Below, in pieces: positions 10,375 to 21,817 of a stretch of DNA of 64,000 bases (the first letter of the stretch is position 1; each line of letters starts with the position of its first letter). The position numbers were made by a program, and so were the translations under genes. Source of the stretch: a virus (lineage: Duplodnaviria > Caudoviricetes); the IMG/VR virus record IMGVR_UViG_3300033066_001283, positions 32,001 through 96,000 of that record; one strand, 5' to 3'. A model generated the notes under the pieces. It was not told the DNA's origin. It ran no database searches and was given only the letters and a program-made list of their open reading frames with translations.

Positions 10375-11943
10375 TTAAATACTCACTGAAACAAGGGGAT
10401 CTGGTGTAACTTTAGCATATAGAACTTTAACTTGTACTGGGTAGTTGTCTACTGATGCAACAATATTTCTAATTTGTACATTAGGTCCAATTAACATTCC
10501 TCTAGACATTCCATTATTTGAGTTTTGGCCTCTTACAAAGAAACCATGTTGGCCCGCACCAGTAATTGGTGAAGAACTGTCTACAGCACTATAAATAGAG
10601 GTCCATGCAGTTCCATTATGGCTAATAGATACACTAACAGTGTTTCCTTGTACTGATAACTTGAAATATGAAGCACCTGCAGCTACATAAGCTGCCATAT
10701 CGTATGTAGCTAACTCTGTTAGTGTTCCTCCTAATATTGCTGAGCTCCAAGATGTACTTGTATGATCATTAGATAGAGAGTTATCATCTAACTTAGGATG
10801 CCACAACGGCACATTAACTGCCTTAATTATTCTAATCCAATTGTGCGCAGTATCATCACCATTAGGGTTTCCTGCACCGTAATAATCACCAAAGGCTATT
10901 CCATAGAAACTAGCACTAGTTAATGAACCTTGGAATCTTACACAAGGACCAAATCTACCTACATATTGTGCAATAGTTGAAGGAGTATTTTGAGTATGGC
11001 ATAAACATAATTTACCAGTATAACTATGATTGGTATAAATAGACTGGAAGATAACTTCTCCATCAGGTGAAGGATCTAAGTTTGCAACTAGATAGCCTCC
11101 TCCACCAGTATTACTCACACCGCTTTGAAGTTGCATCAGCCCCCAGTTTCCAGCATATGTGAAACTCTTATCTATCCATGGAGTTATATTAGTATACAAG
11201 AATTCAGCACTTGTAGTATTTCCAGTATAGTTTATTTGGAGAATAGGAGCAGCCGTTCTATTAGTAGCAATAGTATGGCCTGTCTGATATGAAACAACAT
11301 CCCATTGGCCATTATCGTTAGCATTAAAATTGAAAGCGTAATTCCAACTATTACCATCTACAGCTGTATAGAATAGATCAGTTAAGCTTTGATAATAACT
11401 ATAAGGTCTATAGTCTTTTCTATAAACAGTAATCTGATAATTTCTTCCAGTGGTTGGAGCAAAAGAAGTAAAGAACTGAGGTTGAATAATACACTTATTA
11501 AATGGTTCAGGTGCTGCATAATTATTGTTAGCCCACACACCTTGAACCATAGCTCCACCAGAAGCAGCAGCTACAAAGTAGGTAGAGTGCTTTATTGCAA
11601 ATCCATTATCAGCAAAAGGTGCAGACCCAAATATAGCTGGAACTGTAGCACTAATTACTGCAGAACTTCCTGAGATTGTGGTACTATAGGTCTCAGTTGA
11701 GAATATAACATCAGTACCTCTTAATGAGCTACTAGTTGATGTAACACCGTAGATTGGTCCGCCCAATCTACCATACAAATATCTCTCAATGTTAAAGCAT
11801 GCATCAAAATAATGATTCCAATGACTGTCTTTAATCATTGCAGTTGGTAATTGGGTACCTCCTGAAGAAAATGCTGTTTTAATTACAAATTGATCTAGGG
11901 ACCCAGGAAATACAGATGTTGATCCGGTTCTGTATAAGTTCAT
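10375..11943 (-). CDS. Putative tail fibre/receptor-binding protein with lectin-like beta-sandwich
   Basis: N-terminal FPGSLDQF anchor-like motif; C-terminal FKLSVQGNTVSV...DSSSPITGAGQHGF resembles the end of a concanavalin-like fold. Confidence 0.5.
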   Translation of the reverse strand: MNLYRTGSTSVFPGSLDQFVIKTAFSSGGTQLPTAMIKDSHWNHYFDACFNIERYLYGRLGGPIYGVTSTSSSLRGTDVIFSTETYSTTISGSSAVISATVPAIFGSAPFADNGFAIKHSTYFVAAASGGAMVQGVWANNNYAAPEPFNKCIIQPQFFTSFAPTTGRNYQITVYRKDYRPYSYYQSLTDLFYTAVDGNSWNYAFNFNANDNGQWDVVSYQTGHTIATNRTAAPILQINYTGNTTSAEFLYTNITPWIDKSFTYAGNWGLMQLQSGVSNTGGGGYLVANLDPSPDGEVIFQSIYTNHSYTGKLCLCHTQNTPSTIAQYVGRFGPCVRFQGSLTSASFYGIAFGDYYGAGNPNGDDTAHNWIRIIKAVNVPLWHPKLDDNSLSNDHTSTSWSSAILGGTLTELATYDMAAYVAAGASYFKLSVQGNTVSVSISHNGTAWTSIYSAVDSSSPITGAGQHGFFVRGQNSNNGMSRGMLIGPNVQIRNIVASVDNYPVQVKVLYAKVTPDPLVSVSI

Positions 11944-13100
11944 ACTCCACCTCTAGCTATTCCCATTAATTTCACTGTAACTATTCCTGAAGCTATATTT
12001 GATACTGTATTAATCTTTACTCCTTGATACCCTGAAACTGTATTAGTAGTATTATCATTTATCCAGTCAGATTTCATAGCTATAAATCCAATATTATAGC
12101 TTAACTCTCCAGAATTATTAACACTGTATCTAAGAGAATAAGGCTGCACCCAAAGAGGATAATTAGTTCCACCATTAGTAACCCATCCTATTGCTGAGAC
12201 ATTATAACAATTCAACGTTACATTAGGAGCTAAGATTGGGTCAGGACTTCTCTTTGTTGCTGAAAGATTATTAATAGTTTGATGCGTAACTTCTCTTCCA
12301 TATGCTAACCATTTAACATTTTGCTGATAGACAATACTAGACGCGCCAGTAGTAGTTCCAGTTACCGTAATAGTAAACACATAGTTATTAGTTCTAAGAG
12401 GTGCTCCACCTGCTGATACTATTCCTGATGATGTTAATCCATGAATAACATTCTCAGTTTGATATAAACAGTCTCCTAACTTATTAACATCCTCTGATTT
12501 AACCTGGTGTATTAATCCATGACCATTATAAACTGGATTAAGATTATTCAAAGAAGTATTAGCAGAATAAAGAACATCTCTTAAGTTATTTGATCGTGAA
12601 GAAAATAATGATCTAGTACCAGTTAGATAAGTTTGGGTAGTGTAATAAATTCTGAGTATTACATAATCTAAATAGTAAGTTTTATTAGAAGTTGTAGTAG
12701 TTAACAGGACACCTAGGTTAGCATTATCATAAAGTTCATAATAAAGGGGTGATGTTCCCCACATATCAGTAAAACTACCAGCAGTACCAGTTGATAAAGA
12801 TGTGGTAAAACTTAAAGTCTTAGTATTTCCAGTAGCAGTTGGTACATCTCTACCAGTCATAAGTCTTAGATTCATACTAGCTGAGGCTGAAGCTTTGCCA
12901 GCTACTTCTACTTCAAATCCAGTAATTACTATGTTCTTTGGGAGAGAGGTGGATTGGAATCCTAAGATATAGAGATTGTCATTACCTAATGAGGAAGCTT
13001 TAGTAGCATAGCTTCCAACCTCTGATAAAACTGCTGCATTGCCAACCCAATACCCTTGGTCTGAATACATGTATGTGGGGTAAATAGAAAGTGATGCCAT
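11940..13100 (-). CDS. Putative virion structural/fibre protein
   Basis: S/T/G-rich, beta-rich (VITGFEVEV...YYLDYVILRIYY); structural context. Confidence 0.5.
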   Translation of the reverse strand: MASLSIYPTYMYSDQGYWVGNAAVLSEVGSYATKASSLGNDNLYILGFQSTSLPKNIVITGFEVEVAGKASASASMNLRLMTGRDVPTATGNTKTLSFTTSLSTGTAGSFTDMWGTSPLYYELYDNANLGVLLTTTTSNKTYYLDYVILRIYYTTQTYLTGTRSLFSSRSNNLRDVLYSANTSLNNLNPVYNGHGLIHQVKSEDVNKLGDCLYQTENVIHGLTSSGIVSAGGAPLRTNNYVFTITVTGTTTGASSIVYQQNVKWLAYGREVTHQTINNLSATKRSPDPILAPNVTLNCYNVSAIGWVTNGGTNYPLWVQPYSLRYSVNNSGELSYNIGFIAMKSDWINDNTTNTVSGYQGVKINTVSNIASGIVTVKLMGIARGGV

Positions 13101-13774
13101 TATCCAACTCCTGTAAGTGTAACTCTAAGATAGACTCTAGTATCCCCACTAAATATAGTACTAAGATTAGGTAGAGTTGCTCCTAAGCCACTAATTCTTA
13201 TATCTATTAATGAGCCTCTAATTAGTAGACATCCTGATGAAGGAATAGCATGTACATTTACTGCCCATCTAGTTAAATCTAAAGTTTCATCATCAGAGTA
13301 TAGAGATCCAGAAACTAATGGATAGTTATCAATTCTATTAAAATACCCTAAAGCATAGTTAATAGTATTAGGATGATCTATATAGATCATATTCTTTCTA
13401 CTAACATTACTGGTCCAATTATTATAATTTACATCTGTATTTGAAGTTATAACACACTCAAAAGGTATAACATGTGAGGCTGGAGATTTACCTTGATTTA
13501 AAGCACCTAAGGATGAGAATGCTAAAATTTCATTCATTGATATTGGAGGTAAATGATAGGTATAGGCTATAGTATTTAGAGAGTTATCTCCACTAGCACT
13601 TGCTGTAACTAAATTAAACTGAACAACGTCAATAAGATTTCTAACTTTATTGAATCTTCCAGCATAAAGTTTAGTATAAGAATCATATCCTGGAGCAGTT
13701 CCAAAATCATATAAAGATTCCCAGTTATCTAAAGCATATGGAAACTGTATTGTGCTAATAATAGGATCTGCCAT
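13100..13774 (-). CDS. Putative virion structural protein
   Basis: N-terminal FPYALDNW resembles FPGSLDQF in 10375-11943. Confidence 0.5.
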   Translation of the reverse strand: MADPIISTIQFPYALDNWESLYDFGTAPGYDSYTKLYAGRFNKVRNLIDVVQFNLVTASASGDNSLNTIAYTYHLPPISMNEILAFSSLGALNQGKSPASHVIPFECVITSNTDVNYNNWTSNVSRKNMIYIDHPNTINYALGYFNRIDNYPLVSGSLYSDDETLDLTRWAVNVHAIPSSGCLLIRGSLIDIRISGLGATLPNLSTIFSGDTRVYLRVTLTGVG

Positions 13775-13778
13775 TTAA

Positions 13779-15344
13779 TTACACCGTATCAAAAATAATT
13801 TCAAATTCAATTCCTGGAGGCATTTGACTTTTAACAATCTCATAAATCTGTGAATATGTAAAGGTTGTTGGGTCTGGATCATCCTCACTGTCTTTAAGTA
13901 GTGAAGGATCAATCTTGACTTCTACAACTCCACCTTCTTTAACTACTTCTCCTTCCCAAATACCTTGATCCCAGAATCCTTTAAGGGTATCAATACCATC
14001 AGTATTTGTATCGATTGCAGTATAAGAATAATCTTCAGGAACTCCACCACCCCTATTTCTAATGTCTGCAATAGAGGTAGAATTAATAGAGGCTGGTGCT
14101 GCTAATACAAACTTTCCTAATGGAAGCATTGAGGGAATTTCTTCTGAGAAAATATCACTGAAGAATGTACCTACTTCATCATAATAGTTTCTACCTGAAA
14201 TAGCATATCCCCAAGTAGAAGCTGTTGATCCACCAAATCTACTACCAATATTTTCAGTTCGTTCTCCTGAAATTAAATGCCTGACAAAATGTGTTTCACC
14301 ATAGTTGATGGCTCTAACAAATGTCATCACATATCTTCCATCAGTAAAAGGATCTTGTTCAACCTTTAGATAAGCACTCGGAAGAGCATAGATTGTTACT
14401 TGCTCTAGAAGTACATCAGAAGCAGGTCTTAGTTGATGTGTAGAATCATCAGTAATTAAATGTCCATACTCAGGATTAGAATCGAATGAATACCACAAAT
14501 TATTCTTATCTCTGAATCCTGTATAATTGTAGTAATCATTATAAGCTAAATAGGTAATTTCTACATACTCATCAGGACCTAGGCTCTTAGTAAGAGTAAT
14601 AGTTTTATTGACCTTATCAATAGATTTAATTAAGGAATGACTCTCAGTACCTGTAAAGTAAAGAGTATCAGAGTATGGAAGAGTTCCATTTACTCTTACT
14701 TCAGTTAGTATTTCAAGATTCTGAGTATACTTTAAAGTATTAGGACTAGTAATAGCTGGTAATTCTTTAACAGTTTTATATTGAATAGTGGCAGGGAAAT
14801 CAGGATGTGTACCAGTAGTTGTATTATATCTAGTCTCAGGAACTGTATAAATTAAGATAACAGTATCTTCTTCAACTAGACCACTTGCTCTTAACCAAGA
14901 ATCTGTTGGTTCAGTAGAGGGAACAGTATATTTTCTCCAAACTGTACCAGGCTTAATAATAGGTTGCCAGGTATTAGCTGGTGTAATATTAATACCTAAA
15001 ACCTTGATTGGATTATTAAGAATCTTTGGGGACCAGAATGTGTCACCTACTGTAACTGATACATTTCCTACTGATGAATAATTAGCGGGATCATCAGTAG
15101 TAAACATTGTATTCTTAACTGCTGGAATAAACAGAGAAAGATCAATAGTTGATCCTAATTGAATATCCTGTATTAATTCCCAGTTATAATCAATATGAGG
15201 GTAGTTCTCTTTAGCATACCTTTCAGCAGATAAAGAAGCTACAGCTGAATCAGGATGGAGAATTGGAGCAGCAATAAATGTTAATCCAACTAAGTCTAAT
15301 TCTACAGGAAGCTTTGGTCCAAAGTATAGATTTAATGAATTCAT
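13779..15344 (-). CDS. Baseplate-associated structural protein
   Basis: C-terminal DIRNRGGG...FWDQGIWEG...IVKSQMPPGIEFEI resembles the ends of baseplate wedge-type proteins; context. Confidence 0.5.
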   Translation of the reverse strand: MNSLNLYFGPKLPVELDLVGLTFIAAPILHPDSAVASLSAERYAKENYPHIDYNWELIQDIQLGSTIDLSLFIPAVKNTMFTTDDPANYSSVGNVSVTVGDTFWSPKILNNPIKVLGINITPANTWQPIIKPGTVWRKYTVPSTEPTDSWLRASGLVEEDTVILIYTVPETRYNTTTGTHPDFPATIQYKTVKELPAITSPNTLKYTQNLEILTEVRVNGTLPYSDTLYFTGTESHSLIKSIDKVNKTITLTKSLGPDEYVEITYLAYNDYYNYTGFRDKNNLWYSFDSNPEYGHLITDDSTHQLRPASDVLLEQVTIYALPSAYLKVEQDPFTDGRYVMTFVRAINYGETHFVRHLISGERTENIGSRFGGSTASTWGYAISGRNYYDEVGTFFSDIFSEEIPSMLPLGKFVLAAPASINSTSIADIRNRGGGVPEDYSYTAIDTNTDGIDTLKGFWDQGIWEGEVVKEGGVVEVKIDPSLLKDSEDDPDPTTFTYSQIYEIVKSQMPPGIEFEIIFDTV

Positions 15345-17026
15345 AGTACTATCCTCTCAGTTTGTGCGTCTCCATCTTCACCATAAAGAATTTCTCCACC
15401 TTGTGGAAGCATATTAAACTCTAGAATTGATGTAAAGTTAGGAGCATAAGCATCTTGAACTAATCTAATACTTCCTACTTTTGGAACCTTATCTTGGCCA
15501 ATAAATATAGTTGATTTATCAGAATGAAGTGTATAGATATAACTCCTAGGAATTCCATCTAAGGATATAGCATTAGCAAAGCATCTAATATATCCATCGT
15601 TATTAACCTGATTAGTTTGTATAGTATTTAGCCATCCTGAGGTCCATTTAGCCATAGTAACCATATTACCAAAGGTATCAACTGTTATGGTTAAGTTCCC
15701 TGAAACTGAAGTGGTTAATGAGGATGCAGTTAAGGTAAACAGTATACTACTCATAGAACTAGCAGGAGATAAAAGAATATGGAATTCTCCTCTGCCATCA
15801 GTTACACTTCCAGTAGGAGATGTAGATACTGCGGACGCTCCTGTAGTATAACTATAGACTATTGGGTAGTATGGAATTGGTAGTTGATTCTCATCATACA
15901 AAGCAGCTGATATAAATACAGGCTCGTTGTATGTTCCACACACTACAGATTTATCAGCTTGTAATCTTAAGAATGAAGGTTTCCAATAACTACTTATACT
16001 AGAAGCAGGATTAGAATGGAATAAATATCCAGCTCTTACTGAATCACTGAAAATGGGATTATAGTTTAGAGTAGTACCATTTTGAATCGTAGCTGATTGT
16101 ATAATATCCGGAACTGAAGATTCATAATCTACTATAAAGTTATCATATGCATTCAATCCAATAAAGTACTGAAGCTGATTATGATCAGTTAATACATATG
16201 ATTTAGTAACGTAGTACTCTAAGGCTACCCAATCTCCTAATGCACACCCTGTAAGTGTATGAGATATATAGTTACTACCAGTTACAGCCCCAGTAACAGT
16301 GTATACTTGATCACCTCTATACACTTTTACATTTTCAATATTACGGTAGCTAGCCCTTACTCCTCCACTTTCCTGGAATGTTAATTCCCTTACTCTCAAC
16401 TTTGGAACCGTGTAGAGTATATCTGCCCACGCTTGTGGTGATGTAGTACTTTTTATCCAAACTTGATTATTAGTTTGATCATACCAATATAGTTTATTGG
16501 AAAGTAGATCTCCAGTAGACGCTACTGCTCCAAAATATAGATTTGTCAGATCCCTTATATTCAGTAATAGAGAAGAAGACGGTAACGTTGCTACATAGCA
16601 CGTACCACTTAAGGCCCACGTTAGCGATACAGCAGGGTAAAAGCAGTTATGGTGAATTGTGTAGGGTTCTTTAGTAGAAGAGCTGTACACAAGAACTGGG
16701 CCCCAAGAAGGCCTAAATGAAATTGACTCAGAGATGATACCTGAAACTGATGATGTGGTTGTGTACCCACCTGATGCTATACCAACACTACCTGAGACTG
16801 CAGCAATAAGTTTAGTCGCTTTTACTGAATAATTATATTGCTCAAAGTTATCGTGATAATACCAACCAGTATTAATATATCCGGTCCATTTTCCAGTATT
16901 AGAAATAACTGGTTGAAATGCTAAATCTTGAAGGTCACCAATACCACTTCTGGGATAGTTTACAGTTTCAAGAAAATTAGGTAATAGATTTTTTAGCCAT
17001 GTCGGCCAACTACTTCTTTCTAACAT
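15341..17026 (-). CDS. Structural protein with bacterial Ig-like (Big_1-type) domain
   Basis: LQADKSVV...ISAALYDENQLPIPYYPIVY...VTDGRGEF is the invasin/intimin Ig-like pattern. Confidence 0.6.
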   Translation of the reverse strand: MLERSSWPTWLKNLLPNFLETVNYPRSGIGDLQDLAFQPVISNTGKWTGYINTGWYYHDNFEQYNYSVKATKLIAAVSGSVGIASGGYTTTSSVSGIISESISFRPSWGPVLVYSSSTKEPYTIHHNCFYPAVSLTWALSGTCYVATLPSSSLLLNIRDLTNLYFGAVASTGDLLSNKLYWYDQTNNQVWIKSTTSPQAWADILYTVPKLRVRELTFQESGGVRASYRNIENVKVYRGDQVYTVTGAVTGSNYISHTLTGCALGDWVALEYYVTKSYVLTDHNQLQYFIGLNAYDNFIVDYESSVPDIIQSATIQNGTTLNYNPIFSDSVRAGYLFHSNPASSISSYWKPSFLRLQADKSVVCGTYNEPVFISAALYDENQLPIPYYPIVYSYTTGASAVSTSPTGSVTDGRGEFHILLSPASSMSSILFTLTASSLTTSVSGNLTITVDTFGNMVTMAKWTSGWLNTIQTNQVNNDGYIRCFANAISLDGIPRSYIYTLHSDKSTIFIGQDKVPKVGSIRLVQDAYAPNFTSILEFNMLPQGGEILYGEDGDAQTERIVL

Positions 17027-18429
17027 TAATTAAATGTGGATCCTCCCACTGTAATCCCTTCTTCTTTCTCCCAGTACCATTTTCTAATATGCTTAGAAAC
17101 TTCTTGAACCTGAACCTTACTGAAACATACCATGTTAAAGTGTTTCTTTAGACTAGAGCTTTGAGAAACTGTTGTGGAACTTTTAGTATACACAACTCTT
17201 GAGTATCTAACTGATACATCTTCCTGATGGGCATTGATAAGTCTCTCTGATAAACTAGTAATTACATTTCCTGATACAGAATATTCTGTGGTTTGGAGGA
17301 TAGTATTATTCACTCTTATTTCAACAAGATCAGGAATATTTAATAAGTACCAGTTATTCCCATTCTTTATTGGCTGTTCAGTTAAATAGACTGTAGGCTT
17401 TTGATCCCAAACATTAAAATCTACTGTTCCTGTAGGAAGCGTATAGGGTGTGTCATCAGTTCCCCAAAGAATAGCTACACCTTTTCCTAGGCTAGCAGAT
17501 ATTCTTTCTTCAACAGTATTAGCAACAGTAATGAAGTGATTCCTAGCCTGAAGTGTTACATTAGTTTCAGATTTATTTCTCTTCAGTTGATTATACTTAG
17601 CAAATGTATCCCAAGTATTCTCAATATAGTATGGCTCTAGAAATATTTTCTGACCATCTATTTTCAGATAGATGGCTTCACTAAGGACATTAGCATGATT
17701 AAGATCAGATAGGAATGAAACTACATACGTTCCAGCTAATCCTAAGTAGATTTTATTTCCAACTATTCTATTATCCTTAGCGTCTAGATAAATCGTATCA
17801 TTAAAAGGATCAGTAATAATAATTAGCGAATCAGCTATCGGAGGATCAAATGCAACAATAGGTCCTATATCTATATATCCAGAGCTACCATCTACTACGT
17901 AAGAAACTATAGCTAAGTTCTTAAAGTAAATCCCTTTACTGGTAATGGCAAAGCTAGGAGATAACTTTTCTGATAATAGAGAGCCTATAGAATCTTTATA
18001 AACTAAAGGTATTTCTATCGATCCTGAAGCAAGCACAACTGTAGGAATATAGTTCTTTGGTTGAATATACTTAGCAAAGTAAAGAACTCTCTCTTCACTT
18101 ATCTCACCAAAGAACTTAGGTACTATAGATTGTGTAAATCTATGAAACAGATCATTCTGATTAGCTAGTGCTATCCCATAAAACTTTCTTAAAGTAGAAC
18201 TAGAGCTGTAATTAGCTTCTAACCATCTAGGAATCCAAGGTACTCTAGGTAAATACTGAAAGTTTTCAACGAATGGGTAAAGAAAGTCTGTAGAAAATCC
18301 TGTAGCTGTAACAGAATAAACACCAAGAACAGCCGATCTTGTAAAAGTATCAATCGACCCAATAGGGGTTAAAATATTCCAGGGATCTAGAAAAGCTGCT
18401 TCCCTTTTACGCTCAACACTAATTGGCAT
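17026..18429 (-). CDS. Baseplate wedge-like structural protein, paralog of 28075-29490
   Basis: WDTFAKYNQLKRNKSETNVTL...ISASLGKG and a C-terminal YW...STF shared with 28075-29490. Confidence 0.55.
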   Translation of the reverse strand: MPISVERKREAAFLDPWNILTPIGSIDTFTRSAVLGVYSVTATGFSTDFLYPFVENFQYLPRVPWIPRWLEANYSSSSTLRKFYGIALANQNDLFHRFTQSIVPKFFGEISEERVLYFAKYIQPKNYIPTVVLASGSIEIPLVYKDSIGSLLSEKLSPSFAITSKGIYFKNLAIVSYVVDGSSGYIDIGPIVAFDPPIADSLIIITDPFNDTIYLDAKDNRIVGNKIYLGLAGTYVVSFLSDLNHANVLSEAIYLKIDGQKIFLEPYYIENTWDTFAKYNQLKRNKSETNVTLQARNHFITVANTVEERISASLGKGVAILWGTDDTPYTLPTGTVDFNVWDQKPTVYLTEQPIKNGNNWYLLNIPDLVEIRVNNTILQTTEYSVSGNVITSLSERLINAHQEDVSVRYSRVVYTKSSTTVSQSSSLKKHFNMVCFSKVQVQEVSKHIRKWYWEKEEGITVGGSTFN

Positions 18430-19244
18430 TATACATATTCACTTCTGGTAAATACAGAACCTGAATCGTACTTACTAGAAGTTGCTAGAAGAGTAACAGT
18501 ATCATCTCTATACAGATTCTCTGTACTAGTTGTCTGTTCTCTCTTAAATTTGGTAATTGCTAACAACCAACCAAGTATACTATCAACAGTATAAGTAGTT
18601 GGTGCAACAGTTGGATTGGTTACAACAGTCCCAAGTAGATTAGATGAAATCTTATTAGCTGCTGCAGTAGAAACACTGGCTGCAGTAATAGCATCTGTAC
18701 CTAATGTACCAGAGAAAGTAGATCGGCTACTAATTGCCGCATCTAAATAATCAAGATAAGGAGCTCTAGTAGTTGTATATCCTTGAGCTGTCAATCCTGT
18801 TCTCACATCTGTGGCAACATTAGTGTGCTCTGCTGTAGTTAGAACAGCAGTTACAGTTTGAGAAATACTAGTTAAAGTACGTGTTCCAGCAGCCCATACA
18901 TTAGTAGGTACTGAACCAATGGCTGAATCAATTCTAGATAATCCTAGGCTAGTTGCGTCTTCTGGATCAAAAGCAACTATCTGATAAAGGGCATCAACTG
19001 GATCACAACCTGTTCCAGTAACATGTAAAGCTAAGGGCCCCAAAGTATTAGTATCTACAGTTGTGGGGGTAAGTTTATACCACCCATAAGAGAGCTCAGT
19101 AATAGAACCAGCAACTGCAGCAAACCCAGCTCCATTCTTACTAATATATGCAGTAGGAGTTACGCCTGTCTTACCTGTGATATGGCTAGTAGCATCTATC
19201 ATCAAAAAGAGTAATGGTTTTGTTGAAGATTGTTTAATTAACAC
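18429..19244 (-). CDS. Putative fibre/decoration structural protein (GTG start)
   Basis: PTAYISKNGAGF...GWYKL N-terminal beta domain, paralogous to 22928-23455; Thr/Ala-rich. Confidence 0.5.
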   Translation of the reverse strand: MLIKQSSTKPLLFLMIDATSHITGKTGVTPTAYISKNGAGFAAVAGSITELSYGWYKLTPTTVDTNTLGPLALHVTGTGCDPVDALYQIVAFDPEDATSLGLSRIDSAIGSVPTNVWAAGTRTLTSISQTVTAVLTTAEHTNVATDVRTGLTAQGYTTTRAPYLDYLDAAISSRSTFSGTLGTDAITAASVSTAAANKISSNLLGTVVTNPTVAPTTYTVDSILGWLLAITKFKREQTTSTENLYRDDTVTLLATSSKYDSGSVFTRSEYV

Positions 19245-19402
19245 TTTTGAATTCCCCTACTAGCTGCTCTCTCATTTCTTGGTGATACTGATCTAAATAA
19301 TGATCCTGCAAATCCTGCTGAAAGTCCTCCAAACCAAAACATGAAGAAGCTTCTTTTACCTGCTGTATTTGAACTTGCACTTCCACCAAATAATAAGATC
19401 AT
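19238..19402 (-). CDS. Small 54-aa protein missing from the ORF track
   Basis: Hand translation: MILLFGGSASSNTAGKRSFFMFWFGGLSAGFAGSLFRSVSPRNERAASRGIQKC*. It fills the gap and overlaps the next start codon. Confidence 0.6.
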   Translation of the reverse strand: MILLFGGSASSNTAGKRSFFMFWFGGLSAGFAGSLFRSVSPRNERAASRGIQKC

Positions 19403-19414
19403 AATAAAATAGAG

Positions 19415-21817
19415 CTACCCACTAAATGTTCCTGAGAAAGAAGTATTTCTGGCAGCAGTTACTTGCGATGGTCCATTATAAACTGGATCACTATAAGTAG
19501 AATTAGAATCATAACTATTATCAGTGAAATAAAGATCATACCCAAATCTACCACCATTTTGTGTCAAGACATTTTGTACATATGGATATGACCAAGCCGA
19601 GTACCCTGAAGTAGTACCAGTGTAATACTTTACATAATTATTTTCAAAGTTTTTCCAATCCTGAATTCTCTGTCCATAGAATGGAATATCTGTAAATGAA
19701 CACCCACCAGTAACATTATTGAAAATAAAGGTACTAATACCATTAGAATTTGTTACAATTGCTGAGGATGATAAGGTACCTGTAACTACAAATCCAGTAG
19801 TTACTGCATTAAGTGCTGTTTGTAATCCAGCTGTTCCAGTACTTGTATTAATAGTAGCAGTAGTTCCAGCAGGCAATGTTATGTTGTAAGTACCAGAACT
19901 ATTGATTCTAAATCTTTTTATTGTGTCTTGATACACACTAGATGGAAGCTCATAGGCAGTAGCACCTCCACCATTGACTATTGAGAATGTGGACATTCCA
20001 TATCCATTCACTAAAACAAACTCTGTAGTATTTACTCCAGTAGTATCATAGACACAGTAAATATTTGGATCTGGATAGGATCCTAAGTAATGCATAGCTA
20101 AAGCATACTTAATAGTAAATACATAATCACTAAGAGGAACTGCAGTGGATAAAGGCCCTACCGTAAATCCATCTACTACAATACTATGAGTTCCCACAGT
20201 TGTTGGAACACACCATTTTCTTTCATACGTACTATTATTAGAGAAAGCGTCAAATCTTCCAATTCCAGCTTGATATACCCAGACAATATCTTGAGTACTA
20301 TAGAATACATTTCCTGAAGCAATATTTCCATGCCCAGTAGTTAGCATGATTCCTCTAGATGCTCCAGACACTGTATTACTTGTTACTATATTCCCTGGAG
20401 CCTGATCATCTAGATATATTCCAGTAATGAAAGCTCCTGTAGACCCTGGAAAATAAGAAGCATTTAGAGTTACATTCTCAATATAGTTGTTTTTAATTAC
20501 ATTATTAGCAAAGTCCCAGTTTCTACCATACACATAGATTGCTCCAGCATCTGACATTTGATAGCAACTATTCTTAATATAGTTACCTGAAATAGTATTA
20601 TCGTTACCCCTTAAAGCAATACCTTGCCCAGGAGTATTCATAATTACATTATCTTTTATCAGTGAGTTTTTAACTCCACCAAAGTAGTAAACATTACCTA
20701 CTCCATAAATTCTGGTATTATTATCTGAGATATTACAGTTGATTATATTAAACTTCTGATCAAATAAAATAGCTCTAGCTTTTGTATTGTTTCCACCACC
20801 TGTAGAAAGAACAACACCACCATACCCACACTGTCTGAATACACAGTTTATATAGCTAATATTCTGGGATATAGTTTTATCAGTATCATCACTTAATTGA
20901 GCTCCATAAGTTGTAGCTCCATCAAATAAGCAGTTAACAACTGAAGTATTTTGGCACTTATTTATTCTAGTACCTCTTCGTCTAGAATAGTAAAAGTTAA
21001 GATTTTTGATTGTGGTATTAGCACAAGTATCTAGGTAAAGAAGATAATCATAGCAGATTGGAATGTATGCATCATATCCAGTAGTATCTGGTAGAAAGTA
21101 TAAATCAAAAGCTGTACCACTTTGATTTAAGTAATAATTACCTACATCAAATTCTTCTGGTACATTGACTATACGAAATCTTCCATTAACTGTTAAAGTT
21201 GATGAAGTGCCTAATCCTGGACTTCCCCATGTAATAGTATTTCCAGCTGCAGTTATATTAGCTACTCTTACATCACTATAAGTAGTACCCATAAATGCAT
21301 GCACAAATGCACTAGAAGTATCAGAATAAGTGAATGTTTTACCAGTTACTGTGAATGACGTACTTCCTATAGTATCAACAAAAGCCCAATCAGATCTTGG
21401 CCATTGAGGTAAAGTCTGTTTTACACCATTATAATAAAGCTCCATATACCTTGGCTCATTATTTAATAGAGTTTCATTAGCAGGTGTATCAAAAGAGCTA
21501 GGTGTAATACCAAAATCTCTAAGATTAACTTTAACAATACTAGCTCTTAAAGACGAAGGTAATCTACTCCATAGCACATCAGAGGAGTTTATAGCTGTCC
21601 ATGCTGACCACGGTATTTTAACTCCTCCAATAATGTTAGCTCCATTACCCTCTACATACACTCCTGAAGCTGTGACAGATAATTGAGTTGTGATAAAGTA
21701 ATCACCAGGCATAAACTCAATTCTGGTATTGCTAGTATTTAATGCAGCTGTAATTGTAGCTTGTGAATCACCAGGACGAAGTATCGTATTTGGTGTAAGC
21801 TTGGCTTTAATACGCAT
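19415..21817 (-). CDS. Right-handed parallel beta-helix protein; putative tailspike/polysaccharide depolymerase
   Basis: Repeated NxxIxNN rungs and SDAGAIYVYG...GIYLDDQAPGNIVTSN motifs of pectate-lyase-fold glycan-active proteins. Confidence 0.8.
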   Translation of the reverse strand: MRIKAKLTPNTILRPGDSQATITAALNTSNTRIEFMPGDYFITTQLSVTASGVYVEGNGANIIGGVKIPWSAWTAINSSDVLWSRLPSSLRASIVKVNLRDFGITPSSFDTPANETLLNNEPRYMELYYNGVKQTLPQWPRSDWAFVDTIGSTSFTVTGKTFTYSDTSSAFVHAFMGTTYSDVRVANITAAGNTITWGSPGLGTSSTLTVNGRFRIVNVPEEFDVGNYYLNQSGTAFDLYFLPDTTGYDAYIPICYDYLLYLDTCANTTIKNLNFYYSRRRGTRINKCQNTSVVNCLFDGATTYGAQLSDDTDKTISQNISYINCVFRQCGYGGVVLSTGGGNNTKARAILFDQKFNIINCNISDNNTRIYGVGNVYYFGGVKNSLIKDNVIMNTPGQGIALRGNDNTISGNYIKNSCYQMSDAGAIYVYGRNWDFANNVIKNNYIENVTLNASYFPGSTGAFITGIYLDDQAPGNIVTSNTVSGASRGIMLTTGHGNIASGNVFYSTQDIVWVYQAGIGRFDAFSNNSTYERKWCVPTTVGTHSIVVDGFTVGPLSTAVPLSDYVFTIKYALAMHYLGSYPDPNIYCVYDTTGVNTTEFVLVNGYGMSTFSIVNGGGATAYELPSSVYQDTIKRFRINSSGTYNITLPAGTTATINTSTGTAGLQTALNAVTTGFVVTGTLSSSAIVTNSNGISTFIFNNVTGGCSFTDIPFYGQRIQDWKNFENNYVKYYTGTTSGYSAWSYPYVQNVLTQNGGRFGYDLYFTDNSYDSNSTYSDPVYNGPSQVTAARNTSFSGTFSG